DNA of 13,524 bases from Elainellaceae cyanobacterium (lineage in GTDB: Bacteria > Cyanobacteriota > Cyanobacteriia > CAZCXK01), in contig JBNPEG010000090.1 in the NCBI GenBank assembly GCA_051117555.1, forward strand, positions 1-13,524. The letters are read 5' to 3'. The notes below the pieces were generated by a model. That model was given only the letters and a program-made list of their open reading frames with translations. It searched no databases and was not told where the DNA came from. Below are positions 1 through 8,526 of the stretch, piece after piece. The stretch's first letter is position 1. Each line of letters opens with the position of its first letter. Position numbers and translations under genes: made by a program.

Positions 1-11
1 ACCACCATGAT

Positions 12-40
12 GGGACAGCTATAGCAGTTGTCCCTTTTTT
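12..40 (+). terminator. Rho-independent terminator of a + strand gene upstream of the window
   Basis: GGGACAGCT (12-20) pairs with AGTTGTCCC (26-34) with one G-U wobble around a 5-nt loop, followed by T6 (35-40). It lies just past the convergent pyrFE stop. Confidence 0.8.
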
Positions 41-113
41 ATGTCTATGCAGGTATCGATTCCTGCGATTACTTGAATGTCAGGCGATCGCCCGTGGCAT
101 GTGAGAAAACAGT

Positions 114-1571
114 TTAAGTCTCTGCAAACGCCTTAATATCTGACTCACTGATTCGTCCTGCCTGATACAAGGTTTCGGTAACCTCCGAAATAGTTAGAAC
201 CGAATGAGCGTGATAGCTATTCGTGCGCAATCTACCTTTAACGTCTTGTTCATGATCCAAAAGCACCACAATATCGTCTACTTTTAACCCGACTGATTTA
301 AGCTTCGCAGCTCCTTCCATCGCACTATTGCCGCTGATCAAAATATCATCAACCACCACTGCCGTTTCTCCTGGCTCAAAATTGCCTTCAACTAAGCGGC
401 GGGTGCCGTGAGCTTTGACCTCCTTTCGAGGAAAGATCATCGGGCGATTGAGCTGAAGTGCTAACCCGGTCGCAGTCGGTAACGAACCATAAGGAATGCC
501 CGCAATGCGATCGAAGCGGAGGTCTTTTAGAATGTCTGCGTACGCATTCAACACTTATTGAAACAGTTGGGGGTTAGAAATGATTTTGCGGAGGTCAATG
601 TAGTAGGGGAAAACAGCGCCAGAAGCTTGGACGAATTCACCAAAAAGAATGCAGCCTACATCGTATAGTTGCAAAATCAAATCTTGGTGGGGATGTTGCT
701 CCAAGACGCAGACATTGGAAACCCATACATCGCAACTGATATGTTCTTGAACCGTCTGCGCTCTTGCTTGATTCACCTGTTCTTGCAGCGATCGCACCTG
801 ATCAGCCAAATTCTCTTGGTTCAGCCAGTCTTGAGGAATCGGAATTAATAGTCCTTCTCCATTGCGATTTAACCCAGATGCTAAGATCTGGGCCAGATCC
901 ACTCCTTCTTGCCAAATACTTCTCACTAAAATAAGCCGTTCTGGGGCGATCGCCCTAATTCTGGCTAAAACAACTGGCGTCGTTGTTCCTACTTCTAATG
1001 CCAGTTGTTCCGTTGTGCCCCAGCGTTGCGCCTCTGTGACGACGTGAAGATAAAGCGGAGATTCGGCGGTCGGATAGTCTTGCACATCGGTAGCCGACGG
1101 ATTGGAAGTACGGCATAGTACAAACACGGCCTTGTTAGGGTAGATCAAGAAGGGGGCAACTAAATCCTGCCCAGCATAGGCATTGAGTGTAATGGCATCG
1201 ACATGCCATCGAGCAAAGACCGTTTGAGCAATTAGTGTACTCGTATTCAGGTCGCTGTGCTTTGCATCCAAAATCACGGGTATGTGGGGAGGAATCATGC
1301 GAAGAACATCTTGCAACAGGATTAATCCCCCACTCCCTAACGCTCCATAAAAGCCTAAGGTCGGTTTATACGCGCAAACCAAGTCTGCTGTTTGGGTGAT
1401 AATCCACTGCAACCAATCCCGTAAATCTTGAATCAGGGCATCGTGCTCAGAGCCATCTTTAGACCTTTCGCGATAGCGAGCAGGCACCATTTCTGGATTC
1501 GGATCAAGCCCAGCGACAAGAAGACTAGAATTCCGGCTAATCGTACCGTCTAACTTATCAAAGAAGTGCAT
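114..1571 (-). pseudogene. pyrFE: Bifunctional OMP decarboxylase / orotate phosphoribosyltransferase (pyrF-pyrE fusion) interrupted by an in-frame TAA at 555-557
   Basis: ORFs 555..1571 and 114..554 are in the same frame and separated by one stop: TTT CAA TAA GTG TTG AAT (FQ*VLN). The upstream part has OMPDC motifs GLDP, YKP, DAKHSDL and CRTSNP plus the OPRT N-terminus (FGEFVQASG..PYYIDLR). The downstream part has IAGIPYG, RKEVKAHG and the PRPP loop VVVDDILISG. Read-through gives 485 aa. Confidence 0.85.
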
Positions 1572-1795
1572 TGCTTCAAGGTGTGAGCAACATCTACTTC
1601 ACGCTACACCGAGATGCCACACTAGACAGTCTAATATGTGATAGATATCGAAACAGTTAACATAAATGCGTCAGAATGCTGCGATTTGTTAGCCGTTTAT
1701 TACGATACATTGACATACCACCCCAATGCATTGCTAGGTCATTTGTGCCCGCAAGGTATATAGATGGCGATCGCTGACCAAACGGTATACTACTG

Positions 1796-1843
1796 CTATA
1801 TCTGCCGAACTTGATATCTGTCGAATGTGATATCTGTCCAGCG
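1796..1843. repeat. Three degenerate 16-bp tandem direct repeats (core ATATCTGYC)
   Basis: CTATATCTGCCGAACT / TGATATCTGTCGAATG / TGATATCTGTCCAGCG at 1796, 1812 and 1828. Confidence 0.6.
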
Positions 1844-1870
1844 CAATTCATTGACGTACATTAATTTCCT

Positions 1871-2377
1871 ATGCTCACATCACCCCTCGTTCCTCGTGAC
1901 TTTGATGTGCCCAACATTGTTGAAACGGCTGAATTTCGGCTACGGATGCTCACGGTTCACGATGTCATCAAAGACTACGATGCCGTTATGTCAAGCGTTG
2001 AACGATTGACTACTGTATTCGGTGACCAGTCAGGCTGGCCTCATGGGCTAACGCTTGAGCAAGATCTGATTGATTTAGGTTGGCATCAAAAAGAATTTCA
2101 GCGACGCACTTCATTTGCCTACACGGTGATGAGCTTAGATGAGTCAACCTGTCTGGGATGCGTCTATATCATGCCGCCCTATCGGGGAGACTTTGACCCC
2201 GGCGAATTTGATGCAGCAGTATTTCTTTGGGTGAGAGATTCTGCCTATAAAACTGGCATGGATGAACGGCTTTATCCGTTTGTGCGCCAGTGGATTGTAG
2301 GAGCATGGCCCTTTAAGGTCGTAGCATATCCGGGGCGCGATATCGCCTGGGACGATTGGAGGACTCTGCCTGCCTAG
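1871..2377 (+). CDS. GNAT-fold (RimJ/RimL-like) N-acetyltransferase family protein
   Basis: 168 aa with VPxDFDVP, FRLRML, DYDAVMSS, DLGWHQKEFQRRTSFAYTV, CLGCVYI, WPF..VAYPGR, which I recognise as a conserved GNAT-like family. Confidence 0.75.
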   Translation: MLTSPLVPRDFDVPNIVETAEFRLRMLTVHDVIKDYDAVMSSVERLTTVFGDQSGWPHGLTLEQDLIDLGWHQKEFQRRTSFAYTVMSLDESTCLGCVYIMPPYRGDFDPGEFDAAVFLWVRDSAYKTGMDERLYPFVRQWIVGAWPFKVVAYPGRDIAWDDWRTLPA

Positions 2378-2460
2378 CATCATTTTTCTGCTCTTAGGTA
2401 GACTCACATCCGAGGAAATTCGTGTTCTCTAGATCTAGATAGCAAGCAGATCTTTAAATT

Positions 2461-3459
2461 ATGGACTATACCACCATTGAGCCAATCAAGCAGCGCGTGT
2501 CTCGTGTAGGACTAGGCACTTGGGCGATTGGCGGCTGGATGTGGGGCGGAACCGATGAGCGCCAGTCGATTGAGACGATTCTCTCAGGGCTCAATCGAGG
2601 CATTAACCTCATCGATACGGCTCCCATTTATGGATTTGGTGTATCTGAAGAAATCGTCGGTAAGGCAGTCGCCGAATATGGCAACCGCGATCAGGTCGTT
2701 TTAGCCACGAAGGTCGCCCTTGAAAAAACAGATGAAGGGGTGATTCGCAATTCAAGCCGCGATCGCATCTTGACCGAAATTGAAGCATCTCTCAAACGAC
2801 TGCAAACCGACTATATCGACATCTATCAGGTTCACTGGCCTGATGCCAGCGTGGCGTTTGAGGAGACGGCTGCAACGCTTCAGGAACTGTATGAGAAAGG
2901 AATGATTCGGGCAATTGGCGTCAGCAACTATTCGACTGAGCAAATGGATGCCTTTCAAAATGCGGCTCCGCTCCATACCAGTCAGCCTCCCTACAACCTC
3001 TTTGAGCGGGGCATTGATGACACCCTATTGCCCTATTGCCAAGAACGCGGCATTGCGCTAATCACCTATGGTGCGCTGTGTCGGGGCATGCTGAGCGGAA
3101 AGATGTCGAGCGATCGCACCTTTGAGGGAGATGATTTGCGAAAGGGCGATCCGAAGTTTCAGCCACCTCGCTATGAGCAGTATCTAGCAGCCGTTGACCG
3201 TCTTGACCGCTTTGCTCAAGAGAACTACAACAAGCGAGTCATTCATCTGGCAGTACGATGGATTCTCGATCGCGGTGTTCACGTGGCGCTGTGGGGGGCG
3301 CGTCGTCCCGATCAGCTTGATGCGGCTGAGGCAGTGGCGGGCTGGTCATTAAGCGACGATGCGCTGGCAGAGATTGATCGTATTTTGGCAGAGACGATCA
3401 CCGATCCGGTGGGGCCAGAGTTTATGGCACCTCCCGAGAGTGAACCCGCAGCAGCCTAG
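2461..3459 (+). CDS. Aldo/keto reductase (YhdN/general stress protein 69-like)
   Basis: GLGTWAIGGWMWG, IDTAPIYG (catalytic D and Y), LATK, YIDIYQVHWPD, IGVSNY, QPPYNLFER, LWGARRP. Confidence 0.95.
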   Translation: MDYTTIEPIKQRVSRVGLGTWAIGGWMWGGTDERQSIETILSGLNRGINLIDTAPIYGFGVSEEIVGKAVAEYGNRDQVVLATKVALEKTDEGVIRNSSRDRILTEIEASLKRLQTDYIDIYQVHWPDASVAFEETAATLQELYEKGMIRAIGVSNYSTEQMDAFQNAAPLHTSQPPYNLFERGIDDTLLPYCQERGIALITYGALCRGMLSGKMSSDRTFEGDDLRKGDPKFQPPRYEQYLAAVDRLDRFAQENYNKRVIHLAVRWILDRGVHVALWGARRPDQLDAAEAVAGWSLSDDALAEIDRILAETITDPVGPEFMAPPESEPAAA

Positions 3460-3462
3460 CGC

Positions 3463-3482
3463 TATCGGGCGATCGCCCGATA
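3463..3482. repeat. Perfect 20-bp palindrome centred on HIP1
   Basis: TATCGGGCGATCGCCCGATA, starting 4 bp after the AKR stop. Confidence 0.8.
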
Positions 3483-3489
3483 ATTCCCA

Positions 3490-3896
3490 ATGACACGATT
3501 CGTCCAACCCGTACCTAAAGTGTTTTTGGGTCTAGCCTTGGGGCTAACGTGGATGTTTTGGTGTCCGGCAATTGCGTTAGACAAGGCAGAACCCGCTCTG
3601 GCTCCGTTAATATTGCACTACTTGGGCGGGTTATAGGCGTCGGATCGCTGCGATTTTGGTTGTTTTTGGTCGCCATTATCGTGCAAACCATCGTGATGAC
3701 TTGGATTTTTAATAATACAAACCGAAGTATTTTATCCGCGATTCTATTTCATTTCATGGTAAACGGAACCGGAGAGTTAGTCGAACTCACTCTCAGCGCC
3801 GAGATAACCTATGTTGCACTATGGGGGATGCTGGCGATCGCCATTCCGTTGCTAACAAATCCTCAAACCTTCGTGCGGACATCAACGCATCTGTAA
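3490..3896 (+). pseudogene. CPBP/CAAX (Abi) intramembrane protease remnant with internal deletion and frameshift
   Basis: Frame from ATG 3490 reads MTRFVQPVPKVFLGLALGLTWMFWCPAIAL...LILHYLGGL* (TAG 3634-3636), resembling a CPBP N-terminus. A different frame from about 3636 reads GVGSLRFWLF...MTWIFNNTNRSILSAILFHFMVN, the CPBP HxxxN C-terminal motif. The central EExxWR and WH motifs are absent. Confidence 0.7.
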
Positions 3897-3937
3897 GGGA
3901 TAATCTGAAGGATATGCGCCCGAATCAACTCCTCATT

Positions 3938-4492
3938 ATGACCGTCCCTCGAAAACCGTCCAAAGCAGACGTGCAAGCCGCATTTGGCAAAACGGTGCCC
4001 GATATCATTGCTCCCGATCTTGACATTCTGTTCTGTGGCATTAATCCCAGTATTTACAGCGCAGCAGTAGGGCATCATTTTGCCCGGCCAGGAAATCGCC
4101 TCTGGAAAACGCTTCATGCCGCTGGGTTTACTGAGCGGGTCTATTCGCCCTTTGACGATCGGGCGCTGTTGAACTTGGGTTACGGCATGACTAATATTGT
4201 TGATCGGGCAACTGCTAGGGCCGATCAGCTATCCTCCGATGAGCTGATTGCGGGGCGGCAGCAGCTTGCCGACAAAATCAAACGCTATCGTCCTCGATTT
4301 CTTGCGATTTTAGGAATCAGTGCCTATCGCACTGCATTTAACCAGCCCAAAGCCACGATTGGCAAGCAAGACCAGTCTCTCAATGAGGCTGTTCTCTGGG
4401 TGTTGCCAAACCCAAGCGGTCTAAATGCCCACTATCAGCTTCCCGACTTGGCTGCTGTGTTTGCAGAGCTAAAACTAGGGACTCGCGTGTAA
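3938..4492 (+). CDS. mug: G/U mismatch-specific uracil DNA glycosylase (UDG family 2)
   Basis: VPDIIAPDLDILFCGINPS, GHHFARPGNR, GMTNIVDRAT, WVLPNPSGLN. Start is ATG 3938 or 3914. The track start at 3821 overlaps the CPBP remnant and is unlikely. Confidence 0.9.
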   Translation: MTVPRKPSKADVQAAFGKTVPDIIAPDLDILFCGINPSIYSAAVGHHFARPGNRLWKTLHAAGFTERVYSPFDDRALLNLGYGMTNIVDRATARADQLSSDELIAGRQQLADKIKRYRPRFLAILGISAYRTAFNQPKATIGKQDQSLNEAVLWVLPNPSGLNAHYQLPDLAAVFAELKLGTRV

Positions 4493-4514
4493 ATCACCTA
4501 CCTAGCAATGACCT

Positions 4515-4537
4515 GTACGGGCAAACGGCCGTTTGCC
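4515..4537. repeat. REP-like palindrome
   Basis: GTAC-G followed by the perfect 18-bp palindrome GGCAAACGGCCGTTTGCC (4520-4537) in the mug-methyltransferase spacer. Confidence 0.6.
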
Positions 4538-4548
4538 ACCCAAACCCT

Positions 4549-5427
4549 ATGCATCACCCTTGGACACCCCGACTCACTGATGACGGCTCGTTTACTTTCT
4601 TTTCAGACGAATTTGGCGAAACCTTTCACAGTCAAGAGGGGGCAAAGGATGAAGCATTTCTAAAGTTTGCCGCCGCAACCCGTTTATCTAAAAAGGCTCA
4701 ACGAGGTTCGATTCGACTGCTTGATATTTGCTATGGGCTAGGCTACAACACGGCGGCGGCGCTTGAGACAATCTGGGCGATCCATCCCCGCTGCCATATC
4801 GACATGATTGGGTTAGAGCTAGATGCTGCGGTGCCTCAAGCCGCGATCGCCCCTCCGCTGATCGAAAGCTGGTCATCCGCAACTCAAGACATTTTGAAGG
4901 CGATCGCCCATCAGCATTACTGCCAGTTGCCACGGCTAAGCGCACGGTTGCTCATCGGAGACGCCCGCCAAACGATTCAGCAGGTGATTGATGAACCATT
5001 TCAAGCCGATGCTATTTTTTTCGATCCGTTTTCTCCGCGCCGCTGTCCGCAATTATGGACGGTTGAATTTTTTCAGCGAGTCGCTCAATGCCTTGCGTCA
5101 GACGGCACACTCGCCACCTACTCTCGGTCTGCGTCGGTTCGCGCCGCGATGATCGAAGCCGGATTTGCGATTGGGACGATTCCAATACCTGCACCGGGTC
5201 ATTCTCATGAGTGGTCGCACGGAACCGTCGGCAGCTTTGATACACAAACGCTCACGCCCCTATCAGTCATGGAGCATGAGCATTTGCAAACACGTGCCGC
5301 CATTCCCTATCGCGATCCTTGCCTGACCGATACTGCCGAGGTGATTGTGTCTCGTCATCATCAGGAGCAGCAAGAATCCACGCTTGAATCAACGTCTAGT
5401 TGGAGACGCCGATGGGGTATCCGATAG
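4549..5427 (+). CDS. mnmD: MnmC-family (MnmD-like) SAM-dependent tRNA mnm5s2U34 methyltransferase
   Basis: TDDGSFTFFS..FGETFHS..GA..EA, SAM motif LLDICYGLGYN, GDAR, DAIFFDPFSP..CPQLWT, LATYS, IPYRDP. Confidence 0.85.
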   Translation: MHHPWTPRLTDDGSFTFFSDEFGETFHSQEGAKDEAFLKFAAATRLSKKAQRGSIRLLDICYGLGYNTAAALETIWAIHPRCHIDMIGLELDAAVPQAAIAPPLIESWSSATQDILKAIAHQHYCQLPRLSARLLIGDARQTIQQVIDEPFQADAIFFDPFSPRRCPQLWTVEFFQRVAQCLASDGTLATYSRSASVRAAMIEAGFAIGTIPIPAPGHSHEWSHGTVGSFDTQTLTPLSVMEHEHLQTRAAIPYRDPCLTDTAEVIVSRHHQEQQESTLESTSSWRRRWGIR

Positions 5428-7669
5428 TCTGGCGATCGCCTACTTTGATGAACTGGGGTGGTTTACTCGATGACTGCTCAAAGAACCGATAATGTTCTAA
5501 TCCTTCCAAGATGCCCCAGGCATGATGCCCCTGAGCAAAATAGATTTGGGGGCGATCGCGCAGCTTTTCAAGTTCTTCGCTGTGATTGCTGACTACAATC
5601 CCCATCGTATTGCCCGACAGCATCGCCTCATCGTTGCCGCACGCTCCTGCAACATAGAACTTATGGATGGGGAGTCCCCACTTCAGCCCACAATATCGCA
5701 GAGCATCGCCTTTTGAAGCTCGCAGCGGCACCAAATCGAGGTACATGCTGTGGGAATAAATTGCCTTCACATGCAGATGGCGCTGCCGCAAAAATCGCAA
5801 CATCTCTCGAATGCTGGGCGCTTTTGCTTCATCGACAAAGTAGCTAATCTTGTACCGCCCTTGCACCTCAGACGGCTGCATAGACAATCCGGGTAGCTCA
5901 CTCATCGCCTCTCGCACCGCATTGGGTCGCCAGCGATAGCTAATGTGTCGTTGCCAGTTAGTATCTGTTACCACTTGCGGCCCATGATAAATCTCGCTAC
6001 CAACTGAGGTCACTAGCAAGTCTGGCATGGGAATCTGCCACTCTCCTAACACCGCGATCGCACTGTCAAGGCTGCGCCCGGTGGCGATCCCAAAACAAAT
6101 GGCTTCTTCACACGAATTGAGCCGATCCATCAGCACTCTTAGCGCGTCGCGATCGCCAATCAGCGTATCGTCAATTTCGCAAACCAAAATGCGGTCTGCA
6201 ATCGGAAGACGGTTTTTGGTGAAATCACTGGTGCCACTGCGAACGCTAATCGTAAAGGGTTCAGTCAGCGGTTCGATCGCCGGAGCTTCTGCCAACGGAC
6301 TCAGCATCGACTGAACCGAACGATACGGCAGCTTATTAATCTGCTCTAAATAGCGTTCAACGTGACTCGTCCAGGAGAAATTTTCTTTGACGTGATGAAG
6401 CCCATTTTGCGACCATCGATGCCATTTCTCAGAATCGCTCAGCACAGTTTTCAGTGCCGTTTGGATATCCTTAATATTCAGCGGATTGATTAGAATGCCG
6501 TTTTGACATGCCGCCGTAATATCCCTAGGCCCTCCGTCTGCCGTGGCGACAATCGGCAAGCCACAAGCGGTCGCTTCGATGAGCGTCAACCCAAACGGCT
6601 CGGTCAAGGCTGGATTGATGAATACACCTTGAGTTTGAGTCGCATACCGATAGAAATTGGGGACATCATCCGATTGATGCTGTTTAGGATACGCCACCTT
6701 CCCGTACAGATCATAGTAGTCAATTGATAAAAGCAAGTCAGTCATGACCTGCCGGGGCCCGCTTTCCATACCGCCAATGTCATCCCGATTTCCCAAGATC
6801 AGCAATAGGTTTGCCAGTTTTTGCAACTCCGGATCTTCGCCATACGCTTTGACTAAACTCGCCACATTCTTGCGCATAGCAGGCCGCGACAGTGCCATGA
6901 TTAGGGGCTTATCCGGCTCTTTGAGAAAGCGACTCAGCATTGTTCGAATGCTGTCGGGCTGCCAATCTGCATCAGGTGGATAAAATTTTTGCAACGTTAC
7001 CCCCGGCGGAATCACCGTCATTCGACGGGGCTGATATTGATCGTAGATGCTGTATTGCTGTTCAACTTCTTGATGGGTACTCGCAATCACAAGAGCTGCG
7101 CTTCCTAACGTCGCTTCTTCGGCTTCGATGCGCGTGCTAATACGGAAATGTTCTTCGATCACGTCTGGCTTGGTGCCGTGTTCGAGCAATCGCTGAAGTT
7201 TGACTCGTCCCAAAGAATGCCCCGTATGAACGAGAGGAACACCCAGCCAACCGGCGATTCGACAGCCAACATAGCCAGCATCGGCATAGTGGCTATGAAT
7301 CACATCAGGCAGCCGCCCGACCTGGCGAATATGCCGCAGTAACTCGTCGGCAAAGCTATCTAGATAGGCCCATAACACCTCTTTGCGAAGATATCGACGC
7401 GGCCCCCCCGGAATGCGAATAATTTGAGCGTTGTCGCCAAGCTGCTCAATAGGCTTGGTATAATCAGCGCTTACTTTTGCGTCAATCACCATGCGGGTAA
7501 CCAGATCAACTCGCTCGACATTCGGATGTTTCGCTAATGCGCGAGCCAGTTCGACCACATATTTGGTTTGTCCTCCGGTATCTGCATCTCGTCCCAGTTC
7601 CAGATTTTCACCACGGATTAACCCATGAATGCTAACCAGAATGATATATAACCCTTTGCTGCGTGCCAT
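5396..7669 (-). CDS. spsA: Sucrose-phosphate synthase (GT4 domain plus C-terminal SPP-like HAD domain)
   Basis: SIHGLIRGENLELGRDADTGGQTKYVVELA, HSHYADAG, TGHSLGR, LSRP..RKN, FINPALTEPFGLTLIEA, then a HAD-like domain (IATGRSL, ASKGDAL). AGGAGAG SD-like sequence upstream of the ATG. Confidence 0.95.
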   Translation of the reverse strand: MARSKGLYIILVSIHGLIRGENLELGRDADTGGQTKYVVELARALAKHPNVERVDLVTRMVIDAKVSADYTKPIEQLGDNAQIIRIPGGPRRYLRKEVLWAYLDSFADELLRHIRQVGRLPDVIHSHYADAGYVGCRIAGWLGVPLVHTGHSLGRVKLQRLLEHGTKPDVIEEHFRISTRIEAEEATLGSAALVIASTHQEVEQQYSIYDQYQPRRMTVIPPGVTLQKFYPPDADWQPDSIRTMLSRFLKEPDKPLIMALSRPAMRKNVASLVKAYGEDPELQKLANLLLILGNRDDIGGMESGPRQVMTDLLLSIDYYDLYGKVAYPKQHQSDDVPNFYRYATQTQGVFINPALTEPFGLTLIEATACGLPIVATADGGPRDITAACQNGILINPLNIKDIQTALKTVLSDSEKWHRWSQNGLHHVKENFSWTSHVERYLEQINKLPYRSVQSMLSPLAEAPAIEPLTEPFTISVRSGTSDFTKNRLPIADRILVCEIDDTLIGDRDALRVLMDRLNSCEEAICFGIATGRSLDSAIAVLGEWQIPMPDLLVTSVGSEIYHGPQVVTDTNWQRHISYRWRPNAVREAMSELPGLSMQPSEVQGRYKISYFVDEAKAPSIREMLRFLRQRHLHVKAIYSHSMYLDLVPLRASKGDALRYCGLKWGLPIHKFYVAGACGNDEAMLSGNTMGIVVSNHSEELEKLRDRPQIYFAQGHHAWGILEGLEHYRFFEQSSSKPPQFIKVGDRQTIGYPIGVSN

Positions 7670-8037
7670 GTCTCTCTCCTAAAATTCGCCACAGAGAGCT
7701 GAGCCTTAACAATGTCAAGCGAACAGGGAACAAAGGATGCTCAAAAGTACTCAGGAACTCAACAGTATCATGCAATCGCGTTTTAATAGGAATTCGCTTT
7801 ACGCTTTCAATCACGCTTGTTTGTTAGGCTCACGACTGCGAACGTTGATAGTTTGATTAGATGTACCATACTTTATCCTAAAGTGCTGTTTCAATTTGTA
7901 CATCATCACTTCGAGGGGTTTAATGACCGACCATTCTCCCTCTAGAAATCAAGGAATCGGCATCCTGAAAAAATTGTGCGATCGCCCCTCAGTTCTGATA
8001 CTCGCGTTTATCAATAGCCTTTCACTAATGGCAACGA

Positions 8038-8526
8038 TTAGATATCCACATAGGTGCTAAATACGACGTATATCAAGATACCAGACAGGACACCATAGGA
8101 GGTTGCCAAAGCAGTCAAATACTGCTTCGAGCGATATAAACTCACCATGATAAATAACGTTAACGACAACAAAAGCTCCACGATTGGAATCGGCAGCGTG
8201 TCATCAGAGGTATACAGGCTTTCAAAAATAACGAGCAACCCAATCATCCAAAGCGTTGAGAGCACGTAAAGATTAATTCGAGGAAGCTGGGTTCGATATG
8301 GGCTCTTAAAGGCTTCTGTAAATAGCGCAATGTAGGCGATCGCCACGACCGGCAGCAATGCCGCAGAAATGCTGCGAAGCCCCAAGCCAATGCCATACGC
8401 AAATGCATTGACAATCAGGTAAAAAATAAAGCTTGTGATAATAGCAAACGACAGGAAGGTGACAATTCCATTAGCAATGCTAACGCCAAGTCGACGATTG
8501 CGAGTCTTAGGATCACTGTTGGACAT
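8038..8526 (-). CDS. Hypothetical integral membrane protein (about 5 TM helices)
   Basis: 162 aa ATG ORF with several long hydrophobic segments; no recognised family motif. Confidence 0.75.
   Translation of the reverse strand: MSNSDPKTRNRRLGVSIANGIVTFLSFAIITSFIFYLIVNAFAYGIGLGLRSISAALLPVVAIAYIALFTEAFKSPYRTQLPRINLYVLSTLWMIGLLVIFESLYTSDDTLPIPIVELLLSLTLFIMVSLYRSKQYLTALATSYGVLSGILIYVVFSTYVDI

Noticed and set aside
114..554. Stand-alone pyrE gene
   Set aside because: Lacks the OPRT N-terminal segment, which is encoded in frame just before the TAA; better explained as part of the broken fusion
1637..1652. CRP-like site TGTGA-N6-TCGAA
   Set aside because: Second half-site matches only 3 of 5 positions; not distinguishable from chance
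3821..3937. N-terminal extension of mug in the ORF track
   Set aside because: Overlaps the CPBP remnant in another frame; recognisable Mug sequence begins near 3938
555..4492. Causal link between the C>T nonsense change and a defective mug (NRLW instead of NRFW)
   Set aside because: One mutation cannot show a mutator phenotype, and the Mug catalytic motifs GINP and NPSGL are intact
5522..7342. Several 60-95 aa + strand ORFs within sps
   Set aside because: Antisense to a conserved gene with no protein-like signal; the same applies to the short ORFs nested in the other genes
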